Positions 51,970-61,075 of a stretch of DNA of 64,000 nucleotides are shown in pieces. How positions within the stretch are numbered: the stretch's first letter is position 1; each line of letters opens with the position of its first letter. The position numbers and the translations under genes are program-made. Source of the DNA: an uncultured Geobacter sp. (GTDB taxonomy: Bacteria; Desulfobacterota; Desulfuromonadia; Geobacterales; Pseudopelobacteraceae); contig CAZNWF010000002.1 in assembly GCA_964576485.1 (NCBI GenBank), positions 7,006-71,005 of the forward strand, written 5' to 3'. The notes under the pieces are model-generated. The model was not told where the DNA came from. It did not search any database and was given only the letters and a program-made list of their open reading frames with translations.

Positions 51970-52020
51970 TGACACAATCAAAACGTGTCGTAACTGTGTC
52001 ATGACACACTCAAGTGACAC
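51969..52020. promoter_or_regulatory. Array of GACAC/GTGTC half-sites (putative upstream activator sequence)
   Basis: GTGACAC 51969, GTGTC 51985, palindrome TGTGTCATGACACA 51995-52008, GTGACAC 52014. Confidence 0.6.
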
Positions 52021-52105
52021 ACATTTGAAATAAAAAATCCTTTCCAGAAAAGATGTATTAAATATTTACAGCCTGTTATAAATCAAACAAAACTCCCCCC
52101 ACTGC

Positions 52106-52121
52106 TGGCACATATAATGCT
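52106..52121 (+). promoter_or_regulatory. Sigma54 (-24/-12) promoter
   Basis: TGGCACATATAATGCT: GG-N10-GC spacing with TGGCAC. Confidence 0.75.
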
Positions 52122-52156
52122 TTTGTATATCAATAATCAACTCAACGTCCCCTTCT

Positions 52157-53428
52157 GTGCCAGAAAGATACTCCATGGAAGCATCACTCACCGGCAACAG
52201 CCTCCTGCCATCCCCCAAAGCCAGCATTCTGTTGGTTGATGACGAGCCAATGGTGCTGAAGATGCTGCAAACGTTTCTGGACTCACAGGGATATCAGACA
52301 ATCTGCGCCCCTGGTGGCCATGAAGCCCTGGCAATCGCTGAACAGCAAGGCCACGATATTGATCTGCTGATTACTGACATCCGCATGCCGTATATGAACG
52401 GAATCCGCCTGCTGGAAGCGGCTCGGCAGCTGCTGCCAGCGCTACCGGTGCTGCTCATGACCGGCTACACAGATTTTGATCTGGTGGTTGAAGGATTAAA
52501 GCAACATGCCTTTGACCTGCTCTTTAAACCTATTGATTTTGAACAGCTCACCTGGTGTATATCCAGGGCACTGGCCTTCCAGATGACCCAGCGTATGGAA
52601 CAGCAATACCGCACTCGTCTTGAAGAACAGGTGGCTAAACAGACAAAACAGCTCTGCGAACAACTGGAGGCACTACAAGAGGCGCACCACAAAGCCAGCG
52701 AAGTTGCCGAATTGAAACGTGAATTTTTAAGCCTGATCAGCCATGAATTCCGCACCCCTTTAAATGGCATTACGGGATCCGTTCAACTTCTTGAAGATCA
52801 GGGCGTGCAAGCTTCACAGACAGAGTACCTGACACTGCTTAAAGCATCAGCCCACCGCATGACAACGCTGGTCAACAATCTTCTGACCCTTGCAGAGGCC
52901 CGCTCGGCAAAACATTCTACAGGCAACATCATGAACAGCCCCTGCATCGCATTAAAATCACTTGAAAGCAGCTATCAGCCCGTAGCCTGCAATGCGGGGA
53001 TTCAGTTTTTAACCAGCTGTGGCCAACAGGAATCCCTGACCCTGCAGGGGCCCTGGGATGCACTGCATATCATTGCCGGGTGTCTGTTGGATAATGCTTT
53101 TAAATTCACCGGCAGAGGTGGCACGGTCAGCTGTCGTCTCTGGACCGCCCCAGCCGGAACTGACCATCAGGAATCCTCGGTCTGCGTACAGGTAAGCGAC
53201 AATGGCAAAGGCATACCACTTGCCTGCCAGGAAATTATCTTCCAACCGTTTACCCAGCTGGAGCACTACCTGACCCGCCGCAGCGAAGGCAGCGGCATTG
53301 GTCTGGCCATAGTCCGCTCCATCTGCGACAAACTGGAGGGCAGATTAACCCTGGAAAGCAGCCCGGAACAGGGCAGCAGTTTCACCTGCTGCCTGCCCTT
53401 CAAACACTCAACGGTACCTGCCCCATGA
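52157..53428 (+). CDS. Hybrid REC-histidine kinase
   Basis: VDDE, TDIRMP; H-box ISHEFRTPL; DNAFKF, DNGKGI, GSGIGL. Confidence 0.92.
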   Translation: MPERYSMEASLTGNSLLPSPKASILLVDDEPMVLKMLQTFLDSQGYQTICAPGGHEALAIAEQQGHDIDLLITDIRMPYMNGIRLLEAARQLLPALPVLLMTGYTDFDLVVEGLKQHAFDLLFKPIDFEQLTWCISRALAFQMTQRMEQQYRTRLEEQVAKQTKQLCEQLEALQEAHHKASEVAELKREFLSLISHEFRTPLNGITGSVQLLEDQGVQASQTEYLTLLKASAHRMTTLVNNLLTLAEARSAKHSTGNIMNSPCIALKSLESSYQPVACNAGIQFLTSCGQQESLTLQGPWDALHIIAGCLLDNAFKFTGRGGTVSCRLWTAPAGTDHQESSVCVQVSDNGKGIPLACQEIIFQPFTQLEHYLTRRSEGSGIGLAIVRSICDKLEGRLTLESSPEQGSSFTCCLPFKHSTVPAP

Positions 53429-54555
53429 AAATTCTCGCCATTGATGATTCAAACGTCAACCTGCTGGTCATGAAAGGCACCCTGGAGAAATACCTGACCG
53501 ATGCCCAACTGAAAACGGCCTGTTCAGGCAAGGAGGGGTTAGACCTGGCGCGCAGCTGGCACCCGGACACCATCCTGCTTGATCTGCAGATGCCTGACAT
53601 GGATGGTTATGAAACCATCCGGCACCTCAAACAAAATCCGGCAACTGCTTATATTCCGGTTATTGTTATCACCGCTGCTGATGTTGATTCAAAAGACCGG
53701 GTCAGGACCCTTGATCTGGGAGCAGATGCCTTTCTGCAAAAACCTATTTCCAGCCATGAACTGGTGGCCCATATCAAGGTCATGTTGCGGATAAAAAAGG
53801 CTGAGGAACGCTTACGCCATTCACAGAAACTGGAGGCGATCGGCATACTGGCTGGCGGAGTAGCCCATGATTTCAACAATATCCTGACGGTCATCAGGGG
53901 TTATAGCACCATGCTGCTGATGCAAACAGCACCGGACAACCCCAACCATGAAAGCCTGCAGATGATTGTGGATGCAGCAAAACGGGCAACCAGCCTGACC
54001 CAAAGCCTGCTGACCTTCAGTCGCAAACAGGAATCAACCCCTTCAAAGGCAGAACTCTGCACCCTGGTTTCCAGCTTTGAGAAGTTTCTGAGAAGAATTA
54101 TCGGAGACAACATTACACTCAATTTTGTCTGTGATCAGCATACGGTCCATGCCAGCGTAGACCGTAGCATGATTGAACAGATGCTGATGAACCTGGCTAT
54201 TAATGCCCGTGACGCCATGCCTGATGGCGGCCAACTGACCATAGCCACAGCACACGTCATACTTGACAGCAAATCAGCGTCAGCACTTGAACTCTCACCA
54301 GGCACCTATATGCATCTGACCGTGTCAGACACCGGATGTGGCATCCCAGAAGAACTTCTCCCTAAGATCTTTGATCCGTTTTTCACCACCAAAGAAATCG
54401 GCAAAGGGAGCGGACTGGGACTATCCATGGTGTATGGCATTGTCAAACAGCACTGTGGCACCATCAGTGTAGAAAGTGCGCCTGGCAACGGCACCACTTT
54501 TTCCATCTATCTGCCAGCCAACGAGGTGCCTGAAACCTCACAGGAACAGCAGTAA
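53425..54555 (+). CDS. Hybrid REC-histidine kinase (CckA-like H-box)
   Basis: LDLQMP; AHDFNN; NARDAM, DTGCGI, PFFTTK, GSGLGL. Confidence 0.93.
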   Translation: MKILAIDDSNVNLLVMKGTLEKYLTDAQLKTACSGKEGLDLARSWHPDTILLDLQMPDMDGYETIRHLKQNPATAYIPVIVITAADVDSKDRVRTLDLGADAFLQKPISSHELVAHIKVMLRIKKAEERLRHSQKLEAIGILAGGVAHDFNNILTVIRGYSTMLLMQTAPDNPNHESLQMIVDAAKRATSLTQSLLTFSRKQESTPSKAELCTLVSSFEKFLRRIIGDNITLNFVCDQHTVHASVDRSMIEQMLMNLAINARDAMPDGGQLTIATAHVILDSKSASALELSPGTYMHLTVSDTGCGIPEELLPKIFDPFFTTKEIGKGSGLGLSMVYGIVKQHCGTISVESAPGNGTTFSIYLPANEVPETSQEQQ

Positions 54556-54597
54556 ACCGGCATTGAGGAACAAAGTCTAAAAAATATGCAACCAGAC

Positions 54598-54625
54598 GTG
54601 ACATTCAAAAGACAGATGCTATACT
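54598..54625 (+). promoter_or_regulatory. Possible internal sigma70 promoter
   Basis: GTGACA-N16-TATACT upstream of the cytochrome gene. Confidence 0.4.
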
Positions 54626-54680
54626 TTCCCCATCAACTCAGACGACTGAGCTAAACGCTTTCAAAGGAGAAGAGAAACAG

Positions 54681-55145
54681 ATGAAACGTCTTACACTGAT
54701 CAACGCCGGACTTCTGGTACTGTTCTGCGTCTGCTGCGCTGCTGCAGCAACCAGCACACCGCCACTACCCAAATATCAGAGTTGGAAGAAGAGTGTTCGA
54801 AAAGTGGTAGCGGATAAAAAATCACTTTTTTACGGCATCCACTATATCTATGCCGACCCCAAGGCGATCAAAGGCTACCAGGCCGGCAACAAGTTTCCAG
54901 AAGGAAGCCGGATTGTGGTTGAGCATTTCAACATCAAAGGGGACAGCACTGTTGACGGTCCAAAAAACATGGTGGTGCTGATGAAAAAAGACAAGTCCCA
55001 AAAGACTACGGGGGGATGGCTGTATGCCGGTTATACGGCAGAAGGGAAACCCAGCCGCCTTGATCCGGTTAAGAACTGTTTTGAGTGCCACCAGAAGGAA
55101 GTTGCCGGACGGGATTACGTCTTTTCCGGCATTGTAGACTTTTAA
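54681..55145 (+). CDS. Cytochrome P460 / c'-beta fold periplasmic cytochrome c
   Basis: Signal peptide; HYIYA, FPEGSRIV, MKK...GGWLY, C-terminal CFECH...DYVF. Confidence 0.85.
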   Translation: MKRLTLINAGLLVLFCVCCAAAATSTPPLPKYQSWKKSVRKVVADKKSLFYGIHYIYADPKAIKGYQAGNKFPEGSRIVVEHFNIKGDSTVDGPKNMVVLMKKDKSQKTTGGWLYAGYTAEGKPSRLDPVKNCFECHQKEVAGRDYVFSGIVDF

Positions 55146-55162
55146 GCTAAAGGAGTACCACC

Positions 55163-55561
55163 GTGAAATGTCTGATTGTTGAAGATGACTTCATCTCTCG
55201 CCGGATCCTCAGGGAACTGCTGGGGGCTTACTTTGATTGTGAAATTGCCGTTGATGGCGAAGAAGCGGTAACCGCCTTCAAGATGGCCCATGACGCCAAA
55301 ACCCCCTATGAGCTGATCTGCATGGACATCATGATGCCCAAGATGGATGGGCGTGAGGCACTACGCCTGATACGACAGCTCGAAAAAGAGCTTGAAGTGC
55401 CGCCCAATCTGGAGGTCAAGGTTGTTATGACCACGGCATTTGATGACCCCAAGACAGTCTTTGACTCATTTTATCAGGATGGCGCCACCGCCTATCTGGT
55501 CAAGCCGATCAGCAAACAGAAACTGGTCAGGGAACTCCGCGCCCTGGGACTGATTCAGTAG
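55163..55561 (+). CDS. Single-domain response regulator
   Basis: VEDD, MDIMMP, TTA, KP. Confidence 0.92.
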   Translation: MKCLIVEDDFISRRILRELLGAYFDCEIAVDGEEAVTAFKMAHDAKTPYELICMDIMMPKMDGREALRLIRQLEKELEVPPNLEVKVVMTTAFDDPKTVFDSFYQDGATAYLVKPISKQKLVRELRALGLIQ

Positions 55562-55589
55562 CACTTCGTCGGCGAAAGGAATCTGGCCT

Positions 55590-57380
55590 ATGCCCCCGCA
55601 TCTCTGCAATCAGCTCGTACAATGGAGCAGTAGTCTGACTCCTACCATACAGATTCTGCAACGACTTGCTGGCAGCACAGAGGATCAGTTTCTGGAGTTG
55701 GGCGGAAAACTGCAGGACTTTGCCATCCGCTCTTCAAAAATATCGTCAGTTTCCAGCGAGCTGGTGGAACTGGTTGCCGGCTCTGAAAGCTGCCAGCTGA
55801 CAGAACGGCTTCGTCATCTGTTTAGTGACATGAATGACTATCTGGAGCGGGTCAACACCCAGGGTACGCAAAGTTGCAGCACCCTGGAACAGATCATGGT
55901 CCAGCTTGACAAGGTCATACAACCCCTGGAAGGGTTTCAGAAGATGGACAAGGCGCTGCGGATGCTCTCCATCTCCACCAAGATTGAATCTGCCAGACTG
56001 GGAGAACTGGGAGCCGGTTTTACCACCCTGGCCATGGATGTTGAAAAACTTTCCCAGACCGTCAGTGAGAAATCTGCCGGCATCATGATCCAGCGCCAGT
56101 CTTTGGCTCAGTTAATCAGCAACAACCTGCAGATGGTGCGCACCACAGAAGAACATCACTACACCGATGCCCACAAGATCCTGACCGCTGTCGGCAACAA
56201 CCTTGAAACCCTGTCGAACCTGAACACCACCTGTTCTGCCACCGGCAATCAGGTCGCCCTGATATCAGAACAGATCTCTTCCGATATTGGTGCCGTAGTA
56301 GCCTCCATGCAGTTTCATGACATCACCCGTCAACAGATCGAGCATGTCATTGAGGCGCTTGAAAAACTACTGCAACACACCTGCAGTAACACAGCTCCCA
56401 ACGACGACACCTGTTTGGCCGCGGTTACCGAAATAGGCGACATCTGCGAACTGCAAACCGCCCAGACCAGACACGCAGCTGATCAGCTGGCCAAGGCGAC
56501 CAACACCATTCTGGACAGCCTGCGGGATATAGGATCGAAACAGACCCAGATCAGCCTGGAATTACAACAGGCGTTGATGGGCAATTCAGGTTCAGCCGAG
56601 ACATCCCTCCTGGAAACCATGGAAAAGGAAATGCATCAAGTCACCCTGATCCTGCAAAACTGTGAAAAGGCCGATCAGGAACTTTCAACGGCCATGCAGA
56701 AGGTAACCGGCACCATGGCAGAGATCGGCGGATTTGTCAGCGATATCGAAGCGGTTGGCTCTGAAATCGACCTGATCGCCTTAAACGCCCAGATCAAGGC
56801 CGCCCACACCGGCCCCCAGGGAGCTGCTCTGGGGGTGCTGGCTGAAGCGATCAAGCGACTTTCCCTGGAGGCAGTTGTCCAGACTGAGGCGGTTTCAAGC
56901 ACACTGCAAGCCATTAACGGCATCACCGCCAACATGGCGGATCAGGATGTTCTGGAGGCCGGTGACAGTGCACAACAGGTAAGCGAGATGGAGCAGGAAG
57001 CCCAACAGATCATCTCCTCTCTGTCCGTCATCAACCGTTCGCTGCTGCAGCAGCTTTCAACACTGGCAAGCACGGCTGAGTCGCTTTCAGACGAAATCAA
57101 CCTGACCACATCCAGTATTCATGTGCATGAAGAGATCCAGCAGCAGACGGAACAGGCGGTGCAGACCCTTGAACAGATCTATACGGAGGCACGGGCGCAA
57201 GTGCCTGCTTCAAGCGAATTCAGAGACAACCTGCGGCACATGGAACAACGCTACACCATGGAAAGTGAACGAATGATCCACGAAATGATGGCTGCCCGCC
57301 ACGGAGTCAGTCTTTCCCTGCAGAAACAGCAGGAGAACAGCAGCAACTCTGAATACGGCGACAATGTTGATTTATTCTAG
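55590..57380 (+). CDS. Soluble MCP-like chemotaxis protein with two signalling-tip motifs
   Basis: MLSISTKIESARLGELGAGF and LIALNAQIKAAHTGPQGAAL; no TM segments; ends in NVDLF. Confidence 0.8.
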   Translation: MPPHLCNQLVQWSSSLTPTIQILQRLAGSTEDQFLELGGKLQDFAIRSSKISSVSSELVELVAGSESCQLTERLRHLFSDMNDYLERVNTQGTQSCSTLEQIMVQLDKVIQPLEGFQKMDKALRMLSISTKIESARLGELGAGFTTLAMDVEKLSQTVSEKSAGIMIQRQSLAQLISNNLQMVRTTEEHHYTDAHKILTAVGNNLETLSNLNTTCSATGNQVALISEQISSDIGAVVASMQFHDITRQQIEHVIEALEKLLQHTCSNTAPNDDTCLAAVTEIGDICELQTAQTRHAADQLAKATNTILDSLRDIGSKQTQISLELQQALMGNSGSAETSLLETMEKEMHQVTLILQNCEKADQELSTAMQKVTGTMAEIGGFVSDIEAVGSEIDLIALNAQIKAAHTGPQGAALGVLAEAIKRLSLEAVVQTEAVSSTLQAINGITANMADQDVLEAGDSAQQVSEMEQEAQQIISSLSVINRSLLQQLSTLASTAESLSDEINLTTSSIHVHEEIQQQTEQAVQTLEQIYTEARAQVPASSEFRDNLRHMEQRYTMESERMIHEMMAARHGVSLSLQKQQENSSNSEYGDNVDLF

Positions 57381-57395
57381 GGCCGGGGAGACACC

Positions 57396-57755
57396 ATGTC
57401 TGATCTAACGCTTACCCACAGTACCAGTAGCGACGGCAGCACCCTCAGCATCAGTGTGGCAGGCAAGCTGGCCATTGACACCGCCCCTGCCCTGCACAGT
57501 CTGCTGCTTGAACAGAGTGGCCCGGTTGCCAACATCCAGATGGATGTCTCTGCGGTTGATGAAATTGACCTTGCCGGTGTGCAGCTGATCTGTTCCGCCT
57601 GCCGGACCGCGCTTGATGCGCAGAAACGTTTCAATTTTGCAGGCTGCATGGCCCCTGACGTAAAAAAAGCTATCGATACCGTTGGGCTGCAGCGCCAGAC
57701 CACCTGCAAGCACAACGCCGATTTACCCTGTATCTGGTGTGGAGGAATAAACTGA
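57396..57755 (+). CDS. STAS domain protein
   Basis: GKLAI, DVSAVDEIDLAGVQLI. Confidence 0.85.
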   Translation: MSDLTLTHSTSSDGSTLSISVAGKLAIDTAPALHSLLLEQSGPVANIQMDVSAVDEIDLAGVQLICSACRTALDAQKRFNFAGCMAPDVKKAIDTVGLQRQTTCKHNADLPCIWCGGIN

Positions 57756-57756
57756 C

Positions 57757-58122
57757 ATGGCAAAACTGATTATGACCGCTGATGATTCAGCAAGTGTACG
57801 GCAGATGGTGAGCTTTACCCTCAAGCAGGCCGGCTATGACGTGGTTGAGGCAGTGGATGGCAAGGATGCCTTAACCAAACTGGGCACCCAGAAGGTGGAT
57901 ATGCTGATCACCGACCTGAACATGCCCAACCTGGATGGTATCGGCCTGATCAAAGGGGTTCGTGGCGGTGCCCTGAATAAATTTATTCCGATCGTGATGC
58001 TGACCACAGAATCACAGGAATCCCGCAAGTCAGAAGGCAAAGCTGCTGGCGCCACCGGCTGGATTGTCAAGCCGTTTAAGCCGGAACAGTTAATCGCTGT
58101 TGTGAAAAAAGTACTTGGTTAG
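57757..58122 (+). CDS. cheY: Chemotaxis response regulator CheY
   Basis: ADDS, TDLNMP, LTTES, GATGWIVKPF; directly upstream of cheA. Confidence 0.92.
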   Translation: MAKLIMTADDSASVRQMVSFTLKQAGYDVVEAVDGKDALTKLGTQKVDMLITDLNMPNLDGIGLIKGVRGGALNKFIPIVMLTTESQESRKSEGKAAGATGWIVKPFKPEQLIAVVKKVLG

Positions 58123-58205
58123 GGCCAAGGTTCAAGGGTCAAGGGTCAAGAAAAGTCAACAGCTTTTCTCCCTTACCCCTTGACCCCTGCCCCTTGCCCC
58201 TGGAG
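58122..58205. repeat. Inverted heptanucleotide repeat array (GGGTCAA)n...(CCTTGMC)n
   Basis: GGGCCAA GGTTCAA GGGTCAA GGGTCAA, inner GAAAAG..CTTTTC, then CCTTACC CCTTGAC CCCTGCC CCTTGCC. Confidence 0.8.
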
Positions 58206-58211
58206 TTACTT

Positions 58212-60350
58212 ATGTCATCACCACAGGAACAACATATAGCCACCTACCGCGAAGAAGCTGGTGAGCTACTGGCCGAACTGGAGACCTCCCTGCTTGACCT
58301 GGAGGATAATCCACAGGACAATGACCTGATCAACCGGGTCTTCCGGGCCATGCATACCATTAAAGGCTCCGGTGCCATGTTCGGCTTTGATGACATTGCT
58401 CGCTTCACCCATGAGGTTGAAACGGTCTTTGATCAAGTCAGAAACGGCAAGATGCAGGTCACCCGTTGCCTGCTTGATCTTACCCTGCAGGCGCGGGACC
58501 AGATCACCACCATGCTGGAGGCCTCGGCAGGTGGCCCTCCGGCAGATGAAGCAAACGGCCAGCGGATTATTGATGGCCTGCAGCAGTTATTACCGCACGT
58601 AACCAACAAACTGCAGCAGGAACCTGTTGCAGCCGCTCCTGTTGCAGCAACAGCGGAAGCAGATACCAGCCGCACCTACCGGATCCGCTTCAAACCACTA
58701 CCTGAAATCATGCTAAGCGGCACCAACCCGGTCAGCCTGCTGAACGAACTGCGCGACCTTGGTTCCTGTGAAGTCATGGCCCACCTGGACGCCATCCCCT
58801 CCCTTGAGCAACTCATCCCGGAACACTGCTATTTTTACTGGGACATCATTCTCACTACAACCCGTGGCATTGAAGCGATCAAGGACGTCTTTATCTTCGT
58901 GGAAGATGACTGCGACCTAAAAATTGATCTGGTTGATGATGGAAGCGCCGAAGAGGGCGACAGCAGCTACAAGAAACTGGGGGATATCCTTGTTGAGCGG
59001 GGTGACCTCTCGCCGGTTGAGATGCAGAAAATTCTCTCCATGCAGAAACGGTTTGGCGAAATCCTGGTCGAACAGGGGTTGGTGCCTGCCTCCAAGGTAC
59101 AATCTGCCCTTCTGGAACAGCAACAGGTTAAACAGGCCCGTCAAGAGAGGACTGCCGTAACTCCGGCAGCGGCGGCTGAATCCGCCCTCTCCATCAGAGT
59201 CCCGGCAGAACGGCTTGATCATCTGGTCAACCTGGTGGGCGAACTGGTTACGGTACAGGCCCACCTGACCCAGATTGCCAGTAACCGACACGACAATGAA
59301 ATCAGTGCCGTGGCAGAAGAGGTAGAACGGCTGATTTCAGAACTGCGGGATACCACCCTGAACATGCGGATGCTGCCGATCGGTTCCACCTTCAGCAAGT
59401 TCAAGCGCTTGGTACGGGATCTCTCGGCAGAGCTGGGCAAAGAGATTGATCTGGAGACCACCGGAGCAGATACCGAGCTGGACAAGACCGTGATTGAAAA
59501 ACTGAACGATCCGCTGGTGCACCTGATCCGTAACAGCATCGACCACGGCGTAGAGATGCCCGAGGTACGCAAGGCAGCCGGTAAACCAGCCAAGGGGGTT
59601 GTGCATCTGGCCGCCGAACACTCCGGCGACAGCGTGCTGGTCACCATCCGTGATGATGGCGCTGGCCTTGACAAAGAGCGGATCAGGGCCAAAGCGATTG
59701 AACGGGGACTGATCACCGCCACGGCTGAGCTGACTGATAAAGAAATATACAACCTGATCTTTGCCCCTGGCTTCTCCACTGCCCAGAAAGTCACCAGTGT
59801 TTCAGGGCGAGGTGTCGGCATGGATGTGGTCAAGAAGGCAATTGAGGCGTTGCGGGGTACCATCGACATTGCCAGTGAACAGGGCACGGGATCGATTATT
59901 ACCCTGCGGATTCCCCTGACCCTGGCCATTATTGAAACCCTGCTGGTCAGAATCGACCAGAGCTACTTTGTACTGCCCCTGACCATGGTAGAAGAATGTA
60001 TTGAACTGACCCGCGCCGATGTGCAGGCCGCTCATGGCCGCCACCTGGCCCATGTCCGGGGCGAACTGACCCCCTATATCAACCTGAGGGCCGAGTTTGA
60101 GATCGCCGCCAATCAACCGGATATCGAACAGATCGTGATTCTCTCGGTGGGAGGCAAACGGATCGGGTTTGTGGTTGATGATGTGGTGGGAGAGCACCAG
60201 ACCGTGATCAAGACGCTGGGCAAGCTCTACCGTGATGTACGGGGTATCTCCGGTGCCACCATCCTGGGTGACGGTACCGTAGCCCTGATCCTTGACCCCG
60301 GCCTGCTGATGCAGTCAGTTGCCCTGACCGAACAGGAGCAGTTCGGCTAA
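58212..60350 (+). CDS. cheA: Chemotaxis histidine kinase CheA
   Basis: Hpt FRAMHTIKG, HLIRNSIDHG, DDGAG, SGRGVGMDVV, C-terminal CheW domain; ATG 58212 after GGAG. Confidence 0.97.
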   Translation: MSSPQEQHIATYREEAGELLAELETSLLDLEDNPQDNDLINRVFRAMHTIKGSGAMFGFDDIARFTHEVETVFDQVRNGKMQVTRCLLDLTLQARDQITTMLEASAGGPPADEANGQRIIDGLQQLLPHVTNKLQQEPVAAAPVAATAEADTSRTYRIRFKPLPEIMLSGTNPVSLLNELRDLGSCEVMAHLDAIPSLEQLIPEHCYFYWDIILTTTRGIEAIKDVFIFVEDDCDLKIDLVDDGSAEEGDSSYKKLGDILVERGDLSPVEMQKILSMQKRFGEILVEQGLVPASKVQSALLEQQQVKQARQERTAVTPAAAAESALSIRVPAERLDHLVNLVGELVTVQAHLTQIASNRHDNEISAVAEEVERLISELRDTTLNMRMLPIGSTFSKFKRLVRDLSAELGKEIDLETTGADTELDKTVIEKLNDPLVHLIRNSIDHGVEMPEVRKAAGKPAKGVVHLAAEHSGDSVLVTIRDDGAGLDKERIRAKAIERGLITATAELTDKEIYNLIFAPGFSTAQKVTSVSGRGVGMDVVKKAIEALRGTIDIASEQGTGSIITLRIPLTLAIIETLLVRIDQSYFVLPLTMVEECIELTRADVQAAHGRHLAHVRGELTPYINLRAEFEIAANQPDIEQIVILSVGGKRIGFVVDDVVGEHQTVIKTLGKLYRDVRGISGATILGDGTVALILDPGLLMQSVALTEQEQFG

Positions 60351-60958
60351 TGGCCTTTACCTTCTTCTTTCGCGACCTTCCGGTCCTTGAATATGCGGTT
60401 GAGCACACCCTGAAACTGGCCCTGGGCCGCTTACGGATCAAGGTTTGGGATGCAGGCTGTGCCCTGGGGCAGGAACCATATACCCTGGCAATCCTGTTTG
60501 CAGAACGGATGGGTGAAATGGGCTTTAACACTCTCTACCTGGACGCCACTGATTATGACAGTGAAAACAACTTTGGGGATATCGTCACCGCTGCCGAGTA
60601 TAAATCTGAAGAGTTACAGCGGATTCCATCCGATATTTTTGCAAAGTACTTTGAACTGATGCCGGGCAAACCAGGCTATCACAAGGTCATTGATCGCATT
60701 CGGAACCGGGTTTTTTTTAAATACAACGATCTGCTGAAACTGCAGCCGGTCGGATCAGACTACTCCTTAATCGTCTGCAAGAATGTGCTGCTGCATTTTT
60801 CCTATGAACAACGGATTGAGGTTTTAACGATGTACCATCGTTCTTTGGCACCCGGCGGTTATTTTGCCACTGAAAACACCCAGAAGATTCCCCACGAGAT
60901 CAGCCATCTGTTTGAACAGGTGGCCCCTGATGCACAACTGTTCAGGAAGGTGGGGTAA
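60350..60958 (+). CDS. cheR: CheR-type methyltransferase, catalytic domain only
   Basis: TFFFRD, WDAGCALGQEPYTLA, DATD, IVCKNVLLHF, LAPGGY. Confidence 0.85.
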   Translation: MAFTFFFRDLPVLEYAVEHTLKLALGRLRIKVWDAGCALGQEPYTLAILFAERMGEMGFNTLYLDATDYDSENNFGDIVTAAEYKSEELQRIPSDIFAKYFELMPGKPGYHKVIDRIRNRVFFKYNDLLKLQPVGSDYSLIVCKNVLLHFSYEQRIEVLTMYHRSLAPGGYFATENTQKIPHEISHLFEQVAPDAQLFRKVG

Positions 60959-60987
60959 TCTGTTGAAACAAAGAACAATTCAAACGA

Positions 60988-61061
60988 AACCCCTCCAAAC
61001 CTCCCCTTGTCAGGGGAGGCTTAAAAACGTCCCCCCTGACAAGGGGGGATTGAGGGGGGTT
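60988..61061. repeat. REP-like double-hairpin intergenic palindromic element
   Basis: AACCCCTCC...CCTCCCCTTGTCAGGGGAGG...CCCCCCTGACAAGGGGGG..GAGGGGGGTT. Confidence 0.8.
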
Positions 61062-61075
61062 GGGGTTAGCATTGC

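Noticed and set aside
51969..52025. Mini CRISPR array
   Set aside because: The repeats are only 5-7 bp, with no 25-40 bp repeat-spacer periodicity and no cas genes
59219..59929. Long antisense ORFs (e.g. 236 aa opposite cheA, 218 aa opposite ackA, 209 aa opposite the bd-like gene)
   Set aside because: They lie fully inside well-supported genes on the other strand and have no recognisable motifs, as expected from codon bias
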